From NCBI GenBank assembly GCA_964016885.1, contig OZ024740.1, forward strand, positions 345,774,001 to 345,838,000: a stretch of DNA of 64,000 bases. The letters are read 5' to 3'. The translations under genes and the position numbers were made by a program. The notes below the pieces were generated by a model. That model had not been told where the DNA came from, ran no database searches, and saw nothing but the letters and a program-made list of their open reading frames with translations. This DNA comes from Eledone cirrhosa. Its lineage: Eukaryota. Below are positions 28,929 through 44,647 of the stretch, piece by piece; within the stretch, counting starts at the first letter, position 1, and each line of letters starts with the position of its first letter.

Positions 28929-29008
28929 TACTATTATGTTTACTCCCGTTGTATTGTAATGAATATTCCATTTTTAATTACAATACAACGGGAGTAAACA
29001 TAATAGTA
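28929..29008. repeat. Perfect 32-bp-arm hairpin
   Basis: 28929-28960 is the reverse complement of 28977-29008. Confidence 0.9.
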
Positions 29009-31105
29009 ACATGATTATGATCTAATTTTATATGATTATCATTTAATTTTTCTTTCATATTTTAATGAGTCGGTTACAGTTCGTTTGGAACTATATTCTT
29101 CGTAGATCCCCAATCAGCACTTTCAGATGATCGGATGTGCCAAGGTCATTGGTATGTTTGCATCTCTGTCAATTATTTTGAATCTTTATCATTAATTTTT
29201 ATTTTCTTATTATATATTAATTTTTTATATTTAATTTTTTTATATTTCTAAGTTTATTTTGATGCTGGTGGATGCAATTAGATTGTGATGTAACTTTAGG
29301 TCATTGTATGTTGCATCTCTGTCAATAGCCACCCTCACCTAAAAAAACATTTGAGTTGCAATACCGCTGTTACGATTCTCGTCTTCTGACACACGAATAC
29401 CTTGAATCAACCTTTGCAGTTTCAGTGGCTAATAATCTTCACTGAAAACTATGTATTTTACATTAATAGGCTTGCATCACGCTTACCAAATATAGCTTTG
29501 ACAATCTTCCTCCTGCTCTTCAACAGTATTTCTGGCACGACTAAAAATAAGCCAATAATTCTACTGTCTATAGTGTCTGCTATGCTGTTCAGATTTTGGC
29601 CACAGCTTCGTTCCGTTTTAGTACAGAGTTATTGCAGGTTGCTATATGTCAATAAAAAATTACAATTACAAAACCCAGCTAATTATCTAGTAATAAGTGA
29701 CATAATTAAGTTTTACTCACATAATGCTTCTAGAACTGACGTCCCTAATCAGATGATATACTTAAAACAGATCTCTTTCAACGTGCAAAGGGAGACCAAT
29801 CATTTAAATTTATAGGCCATAAGAAAGAATCGGAGACGAATAAATTTTGGATGGATAAAAGATTTATGTTGATCAACGGCTACAGCTGATATACTTCAGA
29901 GACACACATTGCTGTGGCAATCTTGCTTTTCTTAAGTGATTTGTCTTCCCCTGGTGATAAGGGAAGTCTATATGAAACGAAAGATATGAATTTAATGAAC
30001 TGGTTCCTCCCATCTGATACAATACGACACGAAATCTTTGAACCTAGCTTCTCTATCATGATTATTCCTGTTTTAACATCCTGAAGAATGTTACCTCAAA
30101 ATAGCGATATATTAAAAATAAATGAATTTCAACAGTAACAGGACAAGCATTGTCGAAGCCAACTACAAAAAGTACGAGATTTTAATAATACAATGCAACT
30201 CGAGTTTTCGGAATAGGAAATATGGTATCATTGTATCGACAATAAATACATTCATAGAAACTCTGGAAGTAATATCGCACTGGCCAGTTTTCTACTGTGC
30301 ATTTATTTGGTGCTGCTAGTAGGTAAAGTGTATGTTACCGTATGTAGATAACCTTTTCGTGGGTCTGAAATTGGTGGCAGCGCGATGTGAGCTTTGTTTG
30401 TGGTGCATGACTGCAGTTGGCTCAGAACTAAGGCGCTCTATCCGGTGCTAATTGTTTGAAGATGAGTAAAAGATCGCTTCTTCGGTATGAGAAAAACGAT
30501 AAAGTAAGCTTTCATGTTGACTGATGTTACAGAATGCTGCAGTATATAAAAACACTCGTGGGGGCAGATTTAAGAGTTGGAATTTGCGGCGCAGTAAGAG
30601 ATTACACTGTAAACGATGGTCCATTTAATTCAGTCTGTGTTGTGTCCTTAGTTAGGGAGGTTTCAAATGAAATGAGATAGAGAGTTTGAATCCTTCCCGG
30701 ATCTAAATAATTGTGTAAGTTTGTTTAATGTCCAATGGAATCCATGTGATTCCTATGCAGGTACTTCTATACTCCTATGGCGTGTGTGTCACTATATGAG
30801 GATATTTGGTAGGGTTTGGGCGGTTTTAGGATGGCGTGGATGCTGGAGACCATATGTATTCTTGCTTTGTTTTGTACGATAATTGTACGATAATTGAATA
30901 TATGCAGGAGTATCTAAACTTAACATTGTATTAGTTGATGAGCTTTTGTTACTTGTAGTTATACGAAAAATGTATACACAATTGGGCATGGTATTGCAAA
31001 CGCTAGAGATACATTTATATTGAATGTAGTGCTGAAGAATAGTATTTTTATTTTTAAAATCTCTTTCCATTATTCCATTCCTACAACTCCTCCTGCACTC
31101 TCCGT

Positions 31106-31158
<53 letters not shown>

Positions 31159-32024
31159 TGTGGATGTTTGAAAGTATATATATATATATATACCCACGCA
31201 TTTTACATCCAATATACACATCATCGCACACTAAATTTTTTAAATTCACAGCAGAAACTTCATTTATTTATAAATATAAAAGTGTAATAAATAAAATCCT
31301 GGATGTATTCATAAGCTAAAAATGTAAAGAAAATTGTCTTTCACGCGAGAAAACAATAACACAACAACGATAAGTGCATCAACAATGTCAAACTAATGAA
31401 AAATAAACATCAAATATAACCATATAAACAAATGTAAGAAGGTTAATTGTAGTTAAAGAATAAATTCAGAAAAAAGCAAATAAAATAGATAGCTGTACAT
31501 AAGAAGAACATATATATGAAAAACAACAAGGATGAGGAGGATAACAACGAGTACAAATAGAACTATAGGTTATGGCAATAGCAAATATGATTGAATGACA
31601 GGGAAAGGTTAATACGTTGTCTTGGAAAACAAATAGTTTGACATAATTAAACATCCTCAATGGTTGAAATTTGATGGCGCATAACGACGTATACTGCTCT
31701 ACCTGCAACGTTCTTATCGTTACATTTGCTTCACTTCCTTCTTTTCTTTTAAATTGGCTGCCATTTTGTTGTTTGTGAAGGTTTTCATAAAAACATTAGT
31801 GAATCGCAATTTTTCAAATAAGCTGCAAGAGGAGTAAATCGCGGACTAAATCAAAATAATTAAATAGAAAAATACATAAAATTATATAAATTAATATACA
31901 AATAAATTCACGAATAGATAATGGCGAATAAAAGATTTAAAGGGTTTCGTTTATCCTCATGGAACAGTGATTACTAGATTGTTATTAGATGACGGATAAT
32001 TGTGTGGGAAGAACAGAGATTACA

Positions 32025-32142
<118 letters not shown>

Positions 32143-33121
32143 GGGGGATAGACAATGAGAGAGAGAGAAATAAATAGAGTGAGATGGACATAGACGGAGA
32201 GGAAATTTTAGGGAGAGTTGTTGTATATTTTCTGATGAACTGACCACAACGAAAATAATAATTATGATAATGATGATGAATATCATAACAATAATGTTTT
32301 AATGATGTTAATAATTACGATGATGGCCCCAATGAAGAAGATTATTTCGCTTTTGATAATTTGCATATTAATAAAGTAAATTATATTTTTTCACCACCAG
32401 ATTTATGATACACTAAAGGTATTATAGTATTTAAAGATATGTGTTGAGGCCTGGGATGAAGGAGGAAAATTACAATCAATCTATTTAGTTATTTTGATGA
32501 TGACAACCAGAAATCTGCATTCAGAGAGAAAAACTTTCAAAGAAACAGAGCTGAGTAATACTTAAGATAATTTCATTTAATCGAAAGTATATATATTGCA
32601 CTAATTTAAATTTCCAGCATCTTACATTAATATAAAAAATTAAAGTTATTATGTTTCCTCTAAAGTGTAATGGTTAGGGACATGATATTTGTTCACAATC
32701 AGAGTTCCATATAGTACACGGTATTATCAACTTGAATAAGACACACATACACTAGTTTGTACTTGAGGAACGTTACTTTACATGCTTAACACACGCCAAA
32801 ATCAAATTTGCCTTTCGTTCTTACGCAGTAGACAAAATAGTGTACCAGTCAGATATTGGGTCGATATAATTAGTGTTATCCGTTACTTCCATCTCAGTTG
32901 AATAGTAATCACAAAAAGAATCCACTGATTTCAAATATAATATGAATTTACGAAGTCTGAATAAAGAAATCGATGCCCTATCCATTAAATTATAGTATTT
33001 CATATAAATGCTCATACTCACACTAACTGTGTGCGTGCAAGGATTTATTCTAACATATATTTATACAAGTCTTATACATATGACAAGTTATTCGCACACA
33101 TGCATACATATATATATACAT

Positions 33122-33243
<122 letters not shown>

Positions 33244-34265
33244 GTGTGTGTATGTGTATGTGTGTGCGTGTGTGTATGTGTATGTGTGTGCGTGTGTGTG
33301 TGTATGTATGTATGTGTGTATGCGTGTGCTTTCCAGTGAATTAATAGTGAAAAAGAGAGAAGGAGAAAAGGAAACGACAACAAAGAATGTGTCTGGTGGG
33401 GTGTAGAGAGATGTGGGTTACGTTTCAGCGTAGAATGTCGCAAGTTCAGCATTGCCTATTGAATTCTTATTTTCCACCTCCGGGCAAAGACTTTTCTGAG
33501 ATACTTGCTTTGAACAAAGACACGAAATCTTGTTTCTCGATAACGGTTAATGTTAGAATATGTAGGAGGTACATCTGTAGATGACAGCATTATTTTGAAT
33601 AAGGGTATAGACTTTCAAAGAGAGGAAATTTTCAATTAAAATAGCCTTTTTATTCGAATTTACAAGTCAGCTCAATAAATTTAACTTAATATTTAAGTTT
33701 ATTGCTAGATTTTTTTAAATATTTGTTTCTTTGGTAAGTTGAAGAAGTCTTATAAAGGTGGCGAAATAAAATTAAAATAAAATTACATAAAATCTAAAAA
33801 CATGATTAAACCATAGCAGTATAACCCTTTTTATTTCTTTTCCTAGAGGTAATTGCAAACTTGTTTATTTAATTAGAAATAATGAAATACTTCATCGTTT
33901 GATGTTAAGGGAAATATAAGGAACAACGACATAATAATACCTAAAATTAAGGAAATGAAAACCAAAACAAAGATTTCCTTTTAATCTTCGAGAAACAATT
34001 ATTCCTTAAATTCTCACTCTTTCCCCAAAATTCATCTCTCTCTCTCACGCTCTGTCTTTCTCAGTCTCTATCTATCTATCTATCCCTATACACACAGAAA
34101 CAGAAATCCATATATATATATATATATATATATGTAAAAAATCGAAAAACACAATTTACAACTCATTGAAAATTTCGATTTATTTATTTATATTTCTACA
34201 TTCCAGCTTATTTCAAATTTAGGAAATATTATACGATTCCAATGATACATACATAGATATATACA

Positions 34266-34322
<57 letters not shown>

Positions 34323-35479
34323 ATATGTAAGTATATGATAGAGTTGTATCTATATGAAGACAGAGTGTGTTACAGAGACTGTAAGAATGTATATATTAAT
34401 ACACACATTTTTAATATCTATACATGTAAACATGACAGAAAATAAAGATTCCTGTGCAAATTGAAAACAAATGAACTAATTCATTTTCGAAACTAATTGG
34501 ATCCTCATTTTTACTTACTTACACACACACACACATATATATATATTTATGTATTTACTCAGAAACACAAGTACAAGCACACGCACATACCCCCCCCCCC
34601 CTCATATATATATATTTATATGTGTGTATATGTGAGTTCGAATGTAGGAGAGTGTGCATTATTTGGTTGTATCTGAAGCTGTATTAATCAAATTCCTTTG
34701 AGCAGTAAACAAACGAAAAAACAAAACCAACTATTATATCAAGAAATCTGTTGTATATAGAGTAGAATATAAAATTTAACTAAATACTTTGCTATTTTGA
34801 GAGTTGCTTGTTTCTGCGGAACATTTTAAAACGCAGATTATTTTGATATACTATATTAAAAATAATCAAATGACGAACAGAAGTATAAGAATATGTTAAG
34901 GATAATTTTAAAGCGAATGTTACTTTATGTTGATACCCGAGATGGCACTTTTCTAACACCTGTAGATCTTATATAACCTGATGAGGTTTAATCTTTAAGA
35001 GCTGGTCACTGGTACTTTAATATCCTTTCTTAACACACTAAACTTTTAAAGAAATCTCGTCAGTCCTATTGTAAATAACACGTGGTAGTATGGAATACAA
35101 GATTATTAGATATAAATAAAGGAAATAAGTGTAAGCTTACAAGTGCAAAAGTATATTTGTATCATTAAATTATTTTTTATGTTCGAAACTATTATTTTTC
35201 GTAATCACTGATTATACTTTCCTATTGCTATTTTGTTATCTGGTGCGAATAACAAAATAGCTAAATAAATATGACTTCAGGTTTATTAGACTGAAGCCTT
35301 TATATGTATAAAATAATCTGACTTATAACTCAAGAGATGTGATTTTAGCGTGGTACCATCACGCTGTAGACGAACATAAACAAATAAATAGATGAAAACT
35401 TAAAAAATAAACATAAGTTTCATTGTAATGTTTGAAAGTCTGACTTAGTTTTTTGTATCTTTGTTTGTTTCTTTGTCCT

Positions 35480-36390
35480 CTTCCAGGGAGATAGTTTGTC
35501 ACCTATGTCGTTTGTCCGTGTCCTGATGCCCCTGACCATTATACTGCGAATAGACAGAGCAGGATACAAGTTGGGAAAAGGAGAGCTTACCATCAACCAC
35601 CTCCTCTTCATGGACGATCTTAAACTCTTTGGGAAGAGTGAGAAGGAGTGGGATATACTTGTTGACATTGTCCGTATTTTCAGCAATGATATATGTATGC
35701 AATTTGGTATTAATAAGTGTGGAGTCCTAGTGATGAAGAGGGGTAAATTGAGCAGAAGCAACGGAATACAGGTACCAACTGGTGAGATGATAAAGGAAAT
35801 TGACACTGAAGAAGGATACAAATTTTAGGTGTTCTGGAGGCAGATGACATCAAGAACAAAAAAATGAAGGAATCGATCAGATCTGAGAACATTAGGAGAG
35901 TAAGGAGCGTATTAAAATCACATCAAAATAGTAGGAATGTCATAAGTGCAGTAAATTCCCGAGCTGTGTCTATTTTTATGTACAGTGCGGGAATTGTGAA
36001 ATGGACTGTTGCTGAACAAAGGAAGCTATTGACTATCTACAACATGTTCCACAAGAAGAGTGTGGTCGATAGACTCTACTTAAAGAGATCTAAATGTGGA
36101 AGAGGTCTTATCGGCATAGAGCAGTCTGTTCAGATGGAGAAAAACAACCTGTACAAATACGTTACTAACAGTAGGGAGCCAATGCTCAGAATTGTACTGA
36201 AGGAGAGGACAATAGACCAGTTGATGTCCAAGGAGGAAATAACAACAAGGAGGAAGAGCAACCTTCATGAAAAATCCCTTCATAGTACCTTCTTTGAGAA
36301 AACTGAATTTATACATCCACAGACATGGAACTGGTTAAAAAGAGGAGACCTTAAAAAGGCTACAGAAGGAATGCTAATGGCTGCGCAAGG
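35480..36390 (+). mobile_element. R4/Dong-like LINE RT fragment
   Basis: FQGDSLSP, INHLLFMDDLKLF, FGINKC, RLYLKRSKCGRGL, WLKRGDLKKATEGMLMAAQ; truncated by the adjacent Tx1-like element. Confidence 0.8.
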
Positions 36391-36624
36391 GTTTCGCTAT
36401 GTGTTTTGTGCGTGTAAATATTTTTATTATTTATATAAGAAAAGAAAAAAAAGGACATAGAAACATATATCTATATAAACAATAAAAATGAAAATTGAAA
36501 CAACGAAAAATTCCCCAATAGGGGGGACACCTCCGAGGGTTACTCGTGGCGAAAACCACACAAAAGGCACGGCCACCCAGTCCACCAGGGCGAGCGCCCT
36601 CTCTCAATTTTTCCATTTCTCAAA

Positions 36625-38394
36625 CTACAGACGTATATTCTGAGCGGTCCCGTTCACTCGGACCATTCTCGCTACATTCAGCCACCTGTCAACAAACTTG
36701 CTAGAAAGCAGCACTTGCCTCTCCACCCTGATTTTCCTCTTCAAGTGAAACTTGAAAAAGTTAATAAGGGATTCGCCGAAGAGGAAAGTGTCTGTCTTTA
36801 ACCCTTTTAACCTTGTACACCGCACAATCTCTTTCGCCATTGCCACCAGGCAGATGAAAACCGCCTGCCCTTCCTCCTCGAAGGAAGACGGCGAGATCAT
36901 CTGCACAATGGACTCAGTCGATAACCGGATCAGTCCTACACGCGACAGAAACTGTTCGATATAGCTCCACAAGTTAGAAATGCTCGGGCACTGAACGAGT
37001 GCGTGCACGACGGTTTCGTCGCTCTGCGTGCATCTCGGAGAGGCCTGGCTGACGGCACTTCCGTGCCTGTAGAGCTTATCTCGAACCGGCAGCGCTCTCC
37101 GGTAGCAGTGCCAGGCCAGGGATTTTTTGAAGTTATCCATAGGCTCACAAAACTGGGAATGCTCCCGTTCTGCTGTCAGTTGCAGTAGACGTCTGCCAAG
37201 AGGTCACCGAACAAGTCTGGCATCAATGCAAAAAGCTCGTAAGTCAGACCATCCAATCCTGGCGATTTACCCTTCGTGCAGTTAGCCATCGCTTCTAGTA
37301 TTTCACTGGCTGTTATTGGCTTTTCACAACACTGTGCTGCGGTCGTCGAATGCCGTGGCAGTCCGTCGAGGTATGCGCTGTAGTCCATGCCCCGATCCGG
37401 GCCGCTGCTGCTCCCGATCAGTTCAGCAAAGTGCTGCTGAAAAGCTTCACACATCTTCTCGGGTTCGAGCAACACGTACCCGTTTTGGTCAGAGAAAGAC
37501 CGAATTGTGGCTTTATTGCCACGTCGCGCCTCTGCCACCCGGGCCCATTGAACGGCTTTTGTCCCCTCGTGTTTCTAATCGACTCTACTTTAATTGCCCT
37601 TTTCAGGGCCAACCACCACCTGTTGTTGACGACCTCTCCCGTCAACGCCCGCTTAACTAATACGCTAATCCGGTCTCAGTAGGCTTTGCGCGCCGGGAAA
37701 GACGCGGTTAGCTTCCAGTAACCGGGCCCTTGTCTATAAATTGTGGTCAACTTATACTAGCCTTATCGAGTTCTCTGCAGAATACCCTATCGAGATACGA
37801 TCTGGATGACCCGATGCGGTTTGTCCATGTCCACATTGGCACATTCGGGTGATCCAGTCGATACCTGTCAGACAGTTCATAACGTCTGAGCAGGTTGGTG
37901 AGGCTCTTGCAACCTCCTCCCCTATCCACTAGCCCCAAACAATCCCAGCCTGCATCCAAGATACCGTTCCCGTCGCCCACTAACACGAAAGAGCGGGACG
38001 TTCCAAGAAAGGTCATCTAGACGTCTGAAGAAATCTGGCCGTCCTGCCCCTGTTGTGGCGTAGAGGGCTACTAGCCTGAAAGCATTGGCTTCGCTGCCGG
38101 TCACGTCCAGCACCACCAACTTACCTTCTGGGTCTAGAAAGATGGTCCGTATGGCGAGATCCAAGCCTCTCCGAAAAAAGACGGCAACCCCTCCCCCGAT
38201 CCTGGACGGCTGGGAGATGCGTTTACATCGTAGCCGCCGAAGATCGGTGCGAAGGCCCGTGCTTCGGAGATTCTAGTCTCACTGATGGCAACCGCATCTA
38301 TGTTTAGTGACATGAGGTCGTTGAGTAGGTGACCCTGCTTCCAAGATGACCCCAGGTCACGTGCATTTATACTGCCTATTCTGAGTACCGCCAT
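36625..38394 (-). pseudogene. LINE ORF2 remnant (APE endonuclease, RT start, C-terminal Cys/His domain)
   Basis: MAVLRIGSINARDL..ISETR; LVGD.N; WTWTN..SYLDR; GKSPGLDGL; LPVRDKL..PRC..ETVVHALVQCP. Jumps across the RT at ~37150. Confidence 0.8.
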
Positions 38395-39042
38395 GTTGGA
38401 TGAGAAACAGGGCAAGTGAGAAAGGATCACTTACCTTGATCGTGTGGTGAAGGGAGAGTAGAACCGTCCATTGCGCTGGTCATGGGTGTTTCCAAGAGGA
38501 TGTCAGTGTATATCCTCTTGGTAACCGACCCTCTGAAGTCTCCAACTGCGTTGGGGAACTTTTGTTTTAAATGTTTGTACTGTTCTATTGAGATTTCAAT
38601 GTTGCTTATGTTTGTCGGGAGTTCTTGGGGTTGGTGAAGTGAAGTAGTTTTTTTCTGTGATGTCTGTGTGCTGCTTTATATATTGTAAGAGTTCTTTTTA
38701 TGCCATGTTTATGGCTGTGTAATTTTTGGGGGGAGGGGTGATTTTGTTGCTGTTTTTTTCTTGTTGCTGTTTGGTGCGTGTGTTTTGTTTTGTTTGCATT
38801 GTTGTTGTTTTTGGTGATGCTGGTGGTGGTGTGGTTGTTTTTGTCAGTGGTGCTTGTGGTGGTGATTGTGATGGTGGTGGTGTTGCTACAAGTTTCCTTG
38901 CTGCCTTTACTCCTCTTTGTGTGCCTTCGCTTTTGGAGGGTGAATCTAAGGGTTTTTTTTCTTTTCTGTTTTTTGTGGGAGACCGTTTGCCACTTCACTC
39001 CCGCCTCAAACTCCATGTCGGATTCCGTGGCGTCTGAGAGGG

Positions 39043-39930
39043 CTATGTGCTCCACTGTAGTGGAGCCCTCTTCGGCAATTTTGTTGCTGGTGCAGCTTCT
39101 TCAAATGTAGCTATTGGTGTTGCCGCCACTGATGCTCCTGCTTTAGTTGTCCGTGGCCTTGGTACGGGTGCCACGGACGTTGCCCTCCTACTCACCGTGG
39201 AAGGGGCTTCTGCGTTTGTTTCCTGCCCTGCTCTTGGTAGCAGCGGACCAGGTATTGGAAGGAAAGGGGCCTTCTTCTTCGCTGTCTTCTGCGGGCAAAA
39301 GGCCCTGAGGTGACCCTTCGACCCACAGAGATAACATTTTGGCTGTCTTCTTTCGACGCTTATAGGGAGTTGGAGTCCTTCTTCGATGTCTATGATATCG
39401 GGGATAGCGTCGATACATACCTGGCCAGTTTGTATAAGCATTTGCATGCCTATACCTGACCAGTTCTCTCTCCCTTTTATCTCTACTTGCAGCATGGTCG
39501 TCCTGCTCTCGATTCCAGCAAGGACAGACGCGACCAGCCAAGGTATGGGCCCGTCGGGTGAGACCTGCGTCACTATGACCCTCACAATTTTCTGCCGCAG
39601 TAGAAGGGCACCAAGACTACCTCCTCACTCTTTAGGGTTTCCAAAGAGTGAGAATTTGCTTCCTGGGGTGGCGAAAAGTACGTCTAATGTGGCGTACTTT
39701 CTGCCTCGGGTGATGTGGGTTTTGCGTACCCAGACGCACCCAAAGGCCTTTTGGATTTGAGCCTCCGAGGCTCTCTCAACCCGATGTGAGATTTTGCTTA
39801 CCGTGCGGTAAGTCACCGTCCGTAGCTGCTGGTCCTTGAACAAATCGGGTGGAGGTTTTAGTGATACTCTATTGGCTCTTCTTGTCAACATGGCCCTTGC
39901 GACTGCCATCTCCTCCTCAGTGACTAACAC
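39043..39930 (-). pseudogene. LINE ORF1 remnant (gag-like, CCHC zinc knuckle)
   Basis: CYLCGSKGHLRAFC (CX2CX4HX4C); interrupted near 39600. Confidence 0.75.
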
Positions 39931-40209
39931 TGTCTCGATATTTCGGGAGACACCTGCAAATGAAGTGGTCCCTTTTTCAGCAGCACCACTATTTCTGCCG
40001 CTACTGGTCTTACTGGTGGTGCTGAGATCGCTGTTACAGGTATCGATGTCATTGTTGATGTTTTCGTTGCTACAGTTGTTGGTGTTGTTGTTGTAGTTTT
40101 CGTTGATACTGTTGCTGTTGTTACTGTTATTGTGGCTGTTGTTAATATTGTTGTTTTTGTTGATACTGTTCCTACTATTATTGTTGTTGTGGCTGTTGTT
40201 ATTGTCATT

Positions 40210-40317
40210 GTTATTGTCGTTCTCGACCTTACCGCTGTTATTTTTGTTATTGTCGTTCTCGACTTTACCGCTGTTATTTTTGTTATTGTCGTTCTCGACT
40301 TTACCGCTGTTATTTTA
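40210..40317. repeat. 3 x 36-bp tandem repeat in the low-complexity 5' region of the LINE
   Basis: GTTATTGTCGTTCTCGAC(C/T)TTACCGCTGTTATTTTT x3. Confidence 0.9.
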
Positions 40318-40399
40318 GTTGTTGCTGTTGTTATTGATGGTGTTGTTGGTGTTGTTGTTGGTGTTATTGTTGGAATGTTTTCTTTATAATAACAAACAA

Positions 40400-40571
40400 T
40401 AATTGTTTCTACATTTGGCCAGCAATTATCGTAGTGCATTACTGGTGCTTAATTTTATTGACCTCGTAAGGATGGATGTCAAAGTGAACCTCGGCGGGAT
40501 TTAACACATATTCTAAAGGGCCGTAACTCTATGCTGCAAAGCATGGCGCCCGACTCTCTACCGATATAACC
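40400..40571 (-). mobile_element. Diverged tRNA-derived SINE
   Basis: Reverse complement of the SINE consensus. Confidence 0.8.
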
Positions 40572-40679
40572 AAAATAATAATCGTTTCTTATTTAGGCAC
40601 AATACCTATAATGGATTATATATAGAGGACAATACAATAGACAGGGACTTTGGGGGTTTACAATAAAATCGAGTAAAAA

Positions 40680-41450
40680 ATAATAATTCAACAATACACA
40701 AGTAAATTATAACTCTATAAATATTCCAATATGGGGAGGACAGCCAAGTGGAGTCTCAAAATCCCACTAATCTTGAACCACATGTCGCACCAAGCGTATC
40801 CGAGGATGGCGCCCCTCTGATTTTCCAAATCACCAGCTTACAGGCATACGATCAGAGTAGGCCATCTTTGCAATATTAACCCACTTTTTAGCAAATGTAC
40901 ATATGGGCAGCATTTCCTACTCCACCCTCAGCCACGTTTCCAAATGAAACTTGAAAATATTGAGAAAGGATTGGCCGAAGAGAAAGGTGTCTGTTTTCAT
41001 TCCTTTCAACCTCGTTCACCACACACATTATTTCCCTACAGCCACCAGGCAGACGGAAATTGCCTGTCTTTCCCGGCAAAACGCAGGCGGCGGGGTGATC
41101 TTCACACTGGACTCAGTCGATAGCCGGATCCGTCTCACACAGGCGGAAACAGATGATGGACGCGATATACGCGCTTTCCACGTCTTCCGATCTTTCTGGG
41201 ATAGCTTTCTCTTGGCTCAGTGTGGCCACATCTGGGTTGCCTCATCCCAGTTCTTATCCACTTGGAATTTTGGCCCAAACCAGACGCCGAGCAACCGCAT
41301 GGGTCTGTCCATCAAGCGTTCGACGATGCTATTGTAAGGTGTGGATTTGCCTCTCCAGCCGAGCTGCATATCCACCGACTTTTGCAGGTTCAGTTTTTCT
41401 CCCGTCAACCTTTCATGTTCCTCTAAGTAGGTTGGCGAATCCTTCTGTTG
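40680..41450 (-). mobile_element. Second decayed Tx1/L1-like 3' fragment
   Basis: LLGVWFGPKFQVDKNWDE, and similarity to 36730-36950 (GGACTCAGTCGATA.CCGGATC). Confidence 0.7.
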
Positions 41451-41506
41451 CTAAAATTAATGGGTGATCTTTCGACAAAAGTAGAGATATATATATATAT
41501 AGAAAT

Positions 41507-41633
41507 AATTGTTTCTACCTTAGGAAAAAGGCCAGCAATTACCCAGTGCATTACTGGTACTCTATTTTATCGACCCCGTAAGGATGAAAGGCAAAGTCAA
41601 CCTCGGCGGGATTTGAACTCAGATCGTAAAGGG
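41507..41633 (-). mobile_element. 5'-truncated SINE
   Basis: Reverse complement of the 3' two-thirds of the SINE. Confidence 0.85.
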
Positions 41634-42347
41634 ATAGAAACAATACAACTAAGAATCAATATACAACAGTCTCACCATTAAAATGTGCAACTTATAAAGA
41701 ATGTGCAACGTTGGAAAAAAAGGAGAAATATGCCTTTCATCAACGGCATGAGGTTGTGTGGCAGATGTTCAGCAACCTCCCGAATTTGAGAGATAAAAGA
41801 TTGCGATAGACTGAAGAGGACAGAAAGGAAGAAGACGAGGGAACGATTATAGAAGAAGCAAGGAATGAGTGGAAGTATAGGAAACCCACAGAGAATAAGA
41901 GAGAGATTGAGAGAGAAGAGAGGAAGGGAAGGGGAGAACAAAAAGAGACATAAAGATGAGAGAGGGAGACTTGTACTTAAAAACAGTTTTAGTTATCTAC
42001 ACATGGCGTATCACCTTGTATATGTATATAAGCAAAAAATGCGCCCAGAAAACAATTACCCACGACAACTGCAGTCATTTTGTTGGCGTGCAATTTCGCA
42101 CATTAAGGTGGTAACCTACATGTAATGCCGTTTGAGGAACAGATTGGAGAGTGACTCATTTTTGTAATTGAGAGGATTAACAACTAGACCGGAACATACA
42201 CCCCTCCATACATTGTATGTCTATATATATATATATGTATTGTATGAATATATATATTTATGTATATATGTATATATATATGTATGTCTATAATGTATAT
42301 ATATATATGTATGTCTATATATGTATGTCTATATATATATGTATGTC

Positions 42348-42380
<33 letters not shown>

Positions 42381-42400
42381 GTCTATATGTATATATATAT

Positions 42401-42501
<101 letters not shown>

Positions 42502-43439
42502 GTCAAAGATCGCCGTTTGCCACTCACTCCACGATTTTATAGAAATCGTATTTTGTAAATACCAATCCGCATATCAGAAAGCACACAATTATTGATTTAG
42601 TGATACTAAAGAGTATTGCCGAGAAACACAATGAATTATCAGCCCCGGACAACGTGGTTTCATTACTTCACTCCGTGCCTGGAGTGAGCATGTATATATA
42701 TATATATATATATGTGTGTATATATGTGTGTGTGTGTTTTGGTTAATCACCAACGAATACTTAAGCTTATACAAAAAGTTGACTGCAATAATATCATAAC
42801 CTGTGGTTTTGGGGGACGTTCAACAAAGTTTATTGGTGCATTAAAGGTACAGTTCTATACTTAAGAAAGCACGTTTGTATACTAAAATGCACATAGGAAA
42901 ATCTGTTTCTTTGGTCTACCATAAAATGTATTTGATTCTGGCGCATATAAGGAGTCATAATCAAGAAGAAGCCGTTATTTTCTACTCGTCATTGATGATT
43001 TTTACCAAGCTATATAGGGTATGTATATATTTGGCCAGGTTTTTTTAAGTTGCTTGAATGATACTTGTGAAGTGTTCTTTCGTGTGCTGTTATATCTATC
43101 TATAACTATATCTATATATCTATATCTATATCTATCTCTCTCTCTCTCTCTATATATATATACCTATATATATAATCAGGGTGTTTCAAAAAATGTAATA
43201 TCATTTGAGATGTAAATATCCCAGAAACTTTATCTGTAGAATGAGCCCCTTATTCTTGCTCTTGTGTTGGCATGTAAACAGAACTGCATACTCTAATATT
43301 TCTGGGCGATTACTCTTCATCAGTTCAGCTCACTGTTCACCTGACAACTGTCAGAGCTAGTGAAAATATATATTTTCTAAAATATACAGTAACTCAGATT
43401 ACATTTATTGTATTCAGCCATGTAGAGCGATAACATTTT

Positions 43440-44647
<1,208 letters not shown>

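Larger units (their letters stand above)
36391..40390 (-). mobile_element. Tx1/L1-like LINE with ORF1 and internally deleted ORF2
   Basis: ORF1 with a zinc knuckle; ORF2 endonuclease, tower region and C-terminal zf-RVT-like domain; RT core absent. Confidence 0.85.

Noticed and set aside
32232-32260. CTGATGA...GAAA
   Set aside because: No pairing in stems I, II or III; chance match.
39924-40439. Thr-rich mucin-like ORF
   Set aside because: Low-complexity 5' region of the Tx1-like LINE; the ATG lies inside a SINE.
43290-43326. Minus-strand CTGATGA-AGAGTAATCGCCCA-GAAA
   Set aside because: Stem II weak and stem I absent; lies in a possible degenerate MITE (43177-43425). Not supportable.
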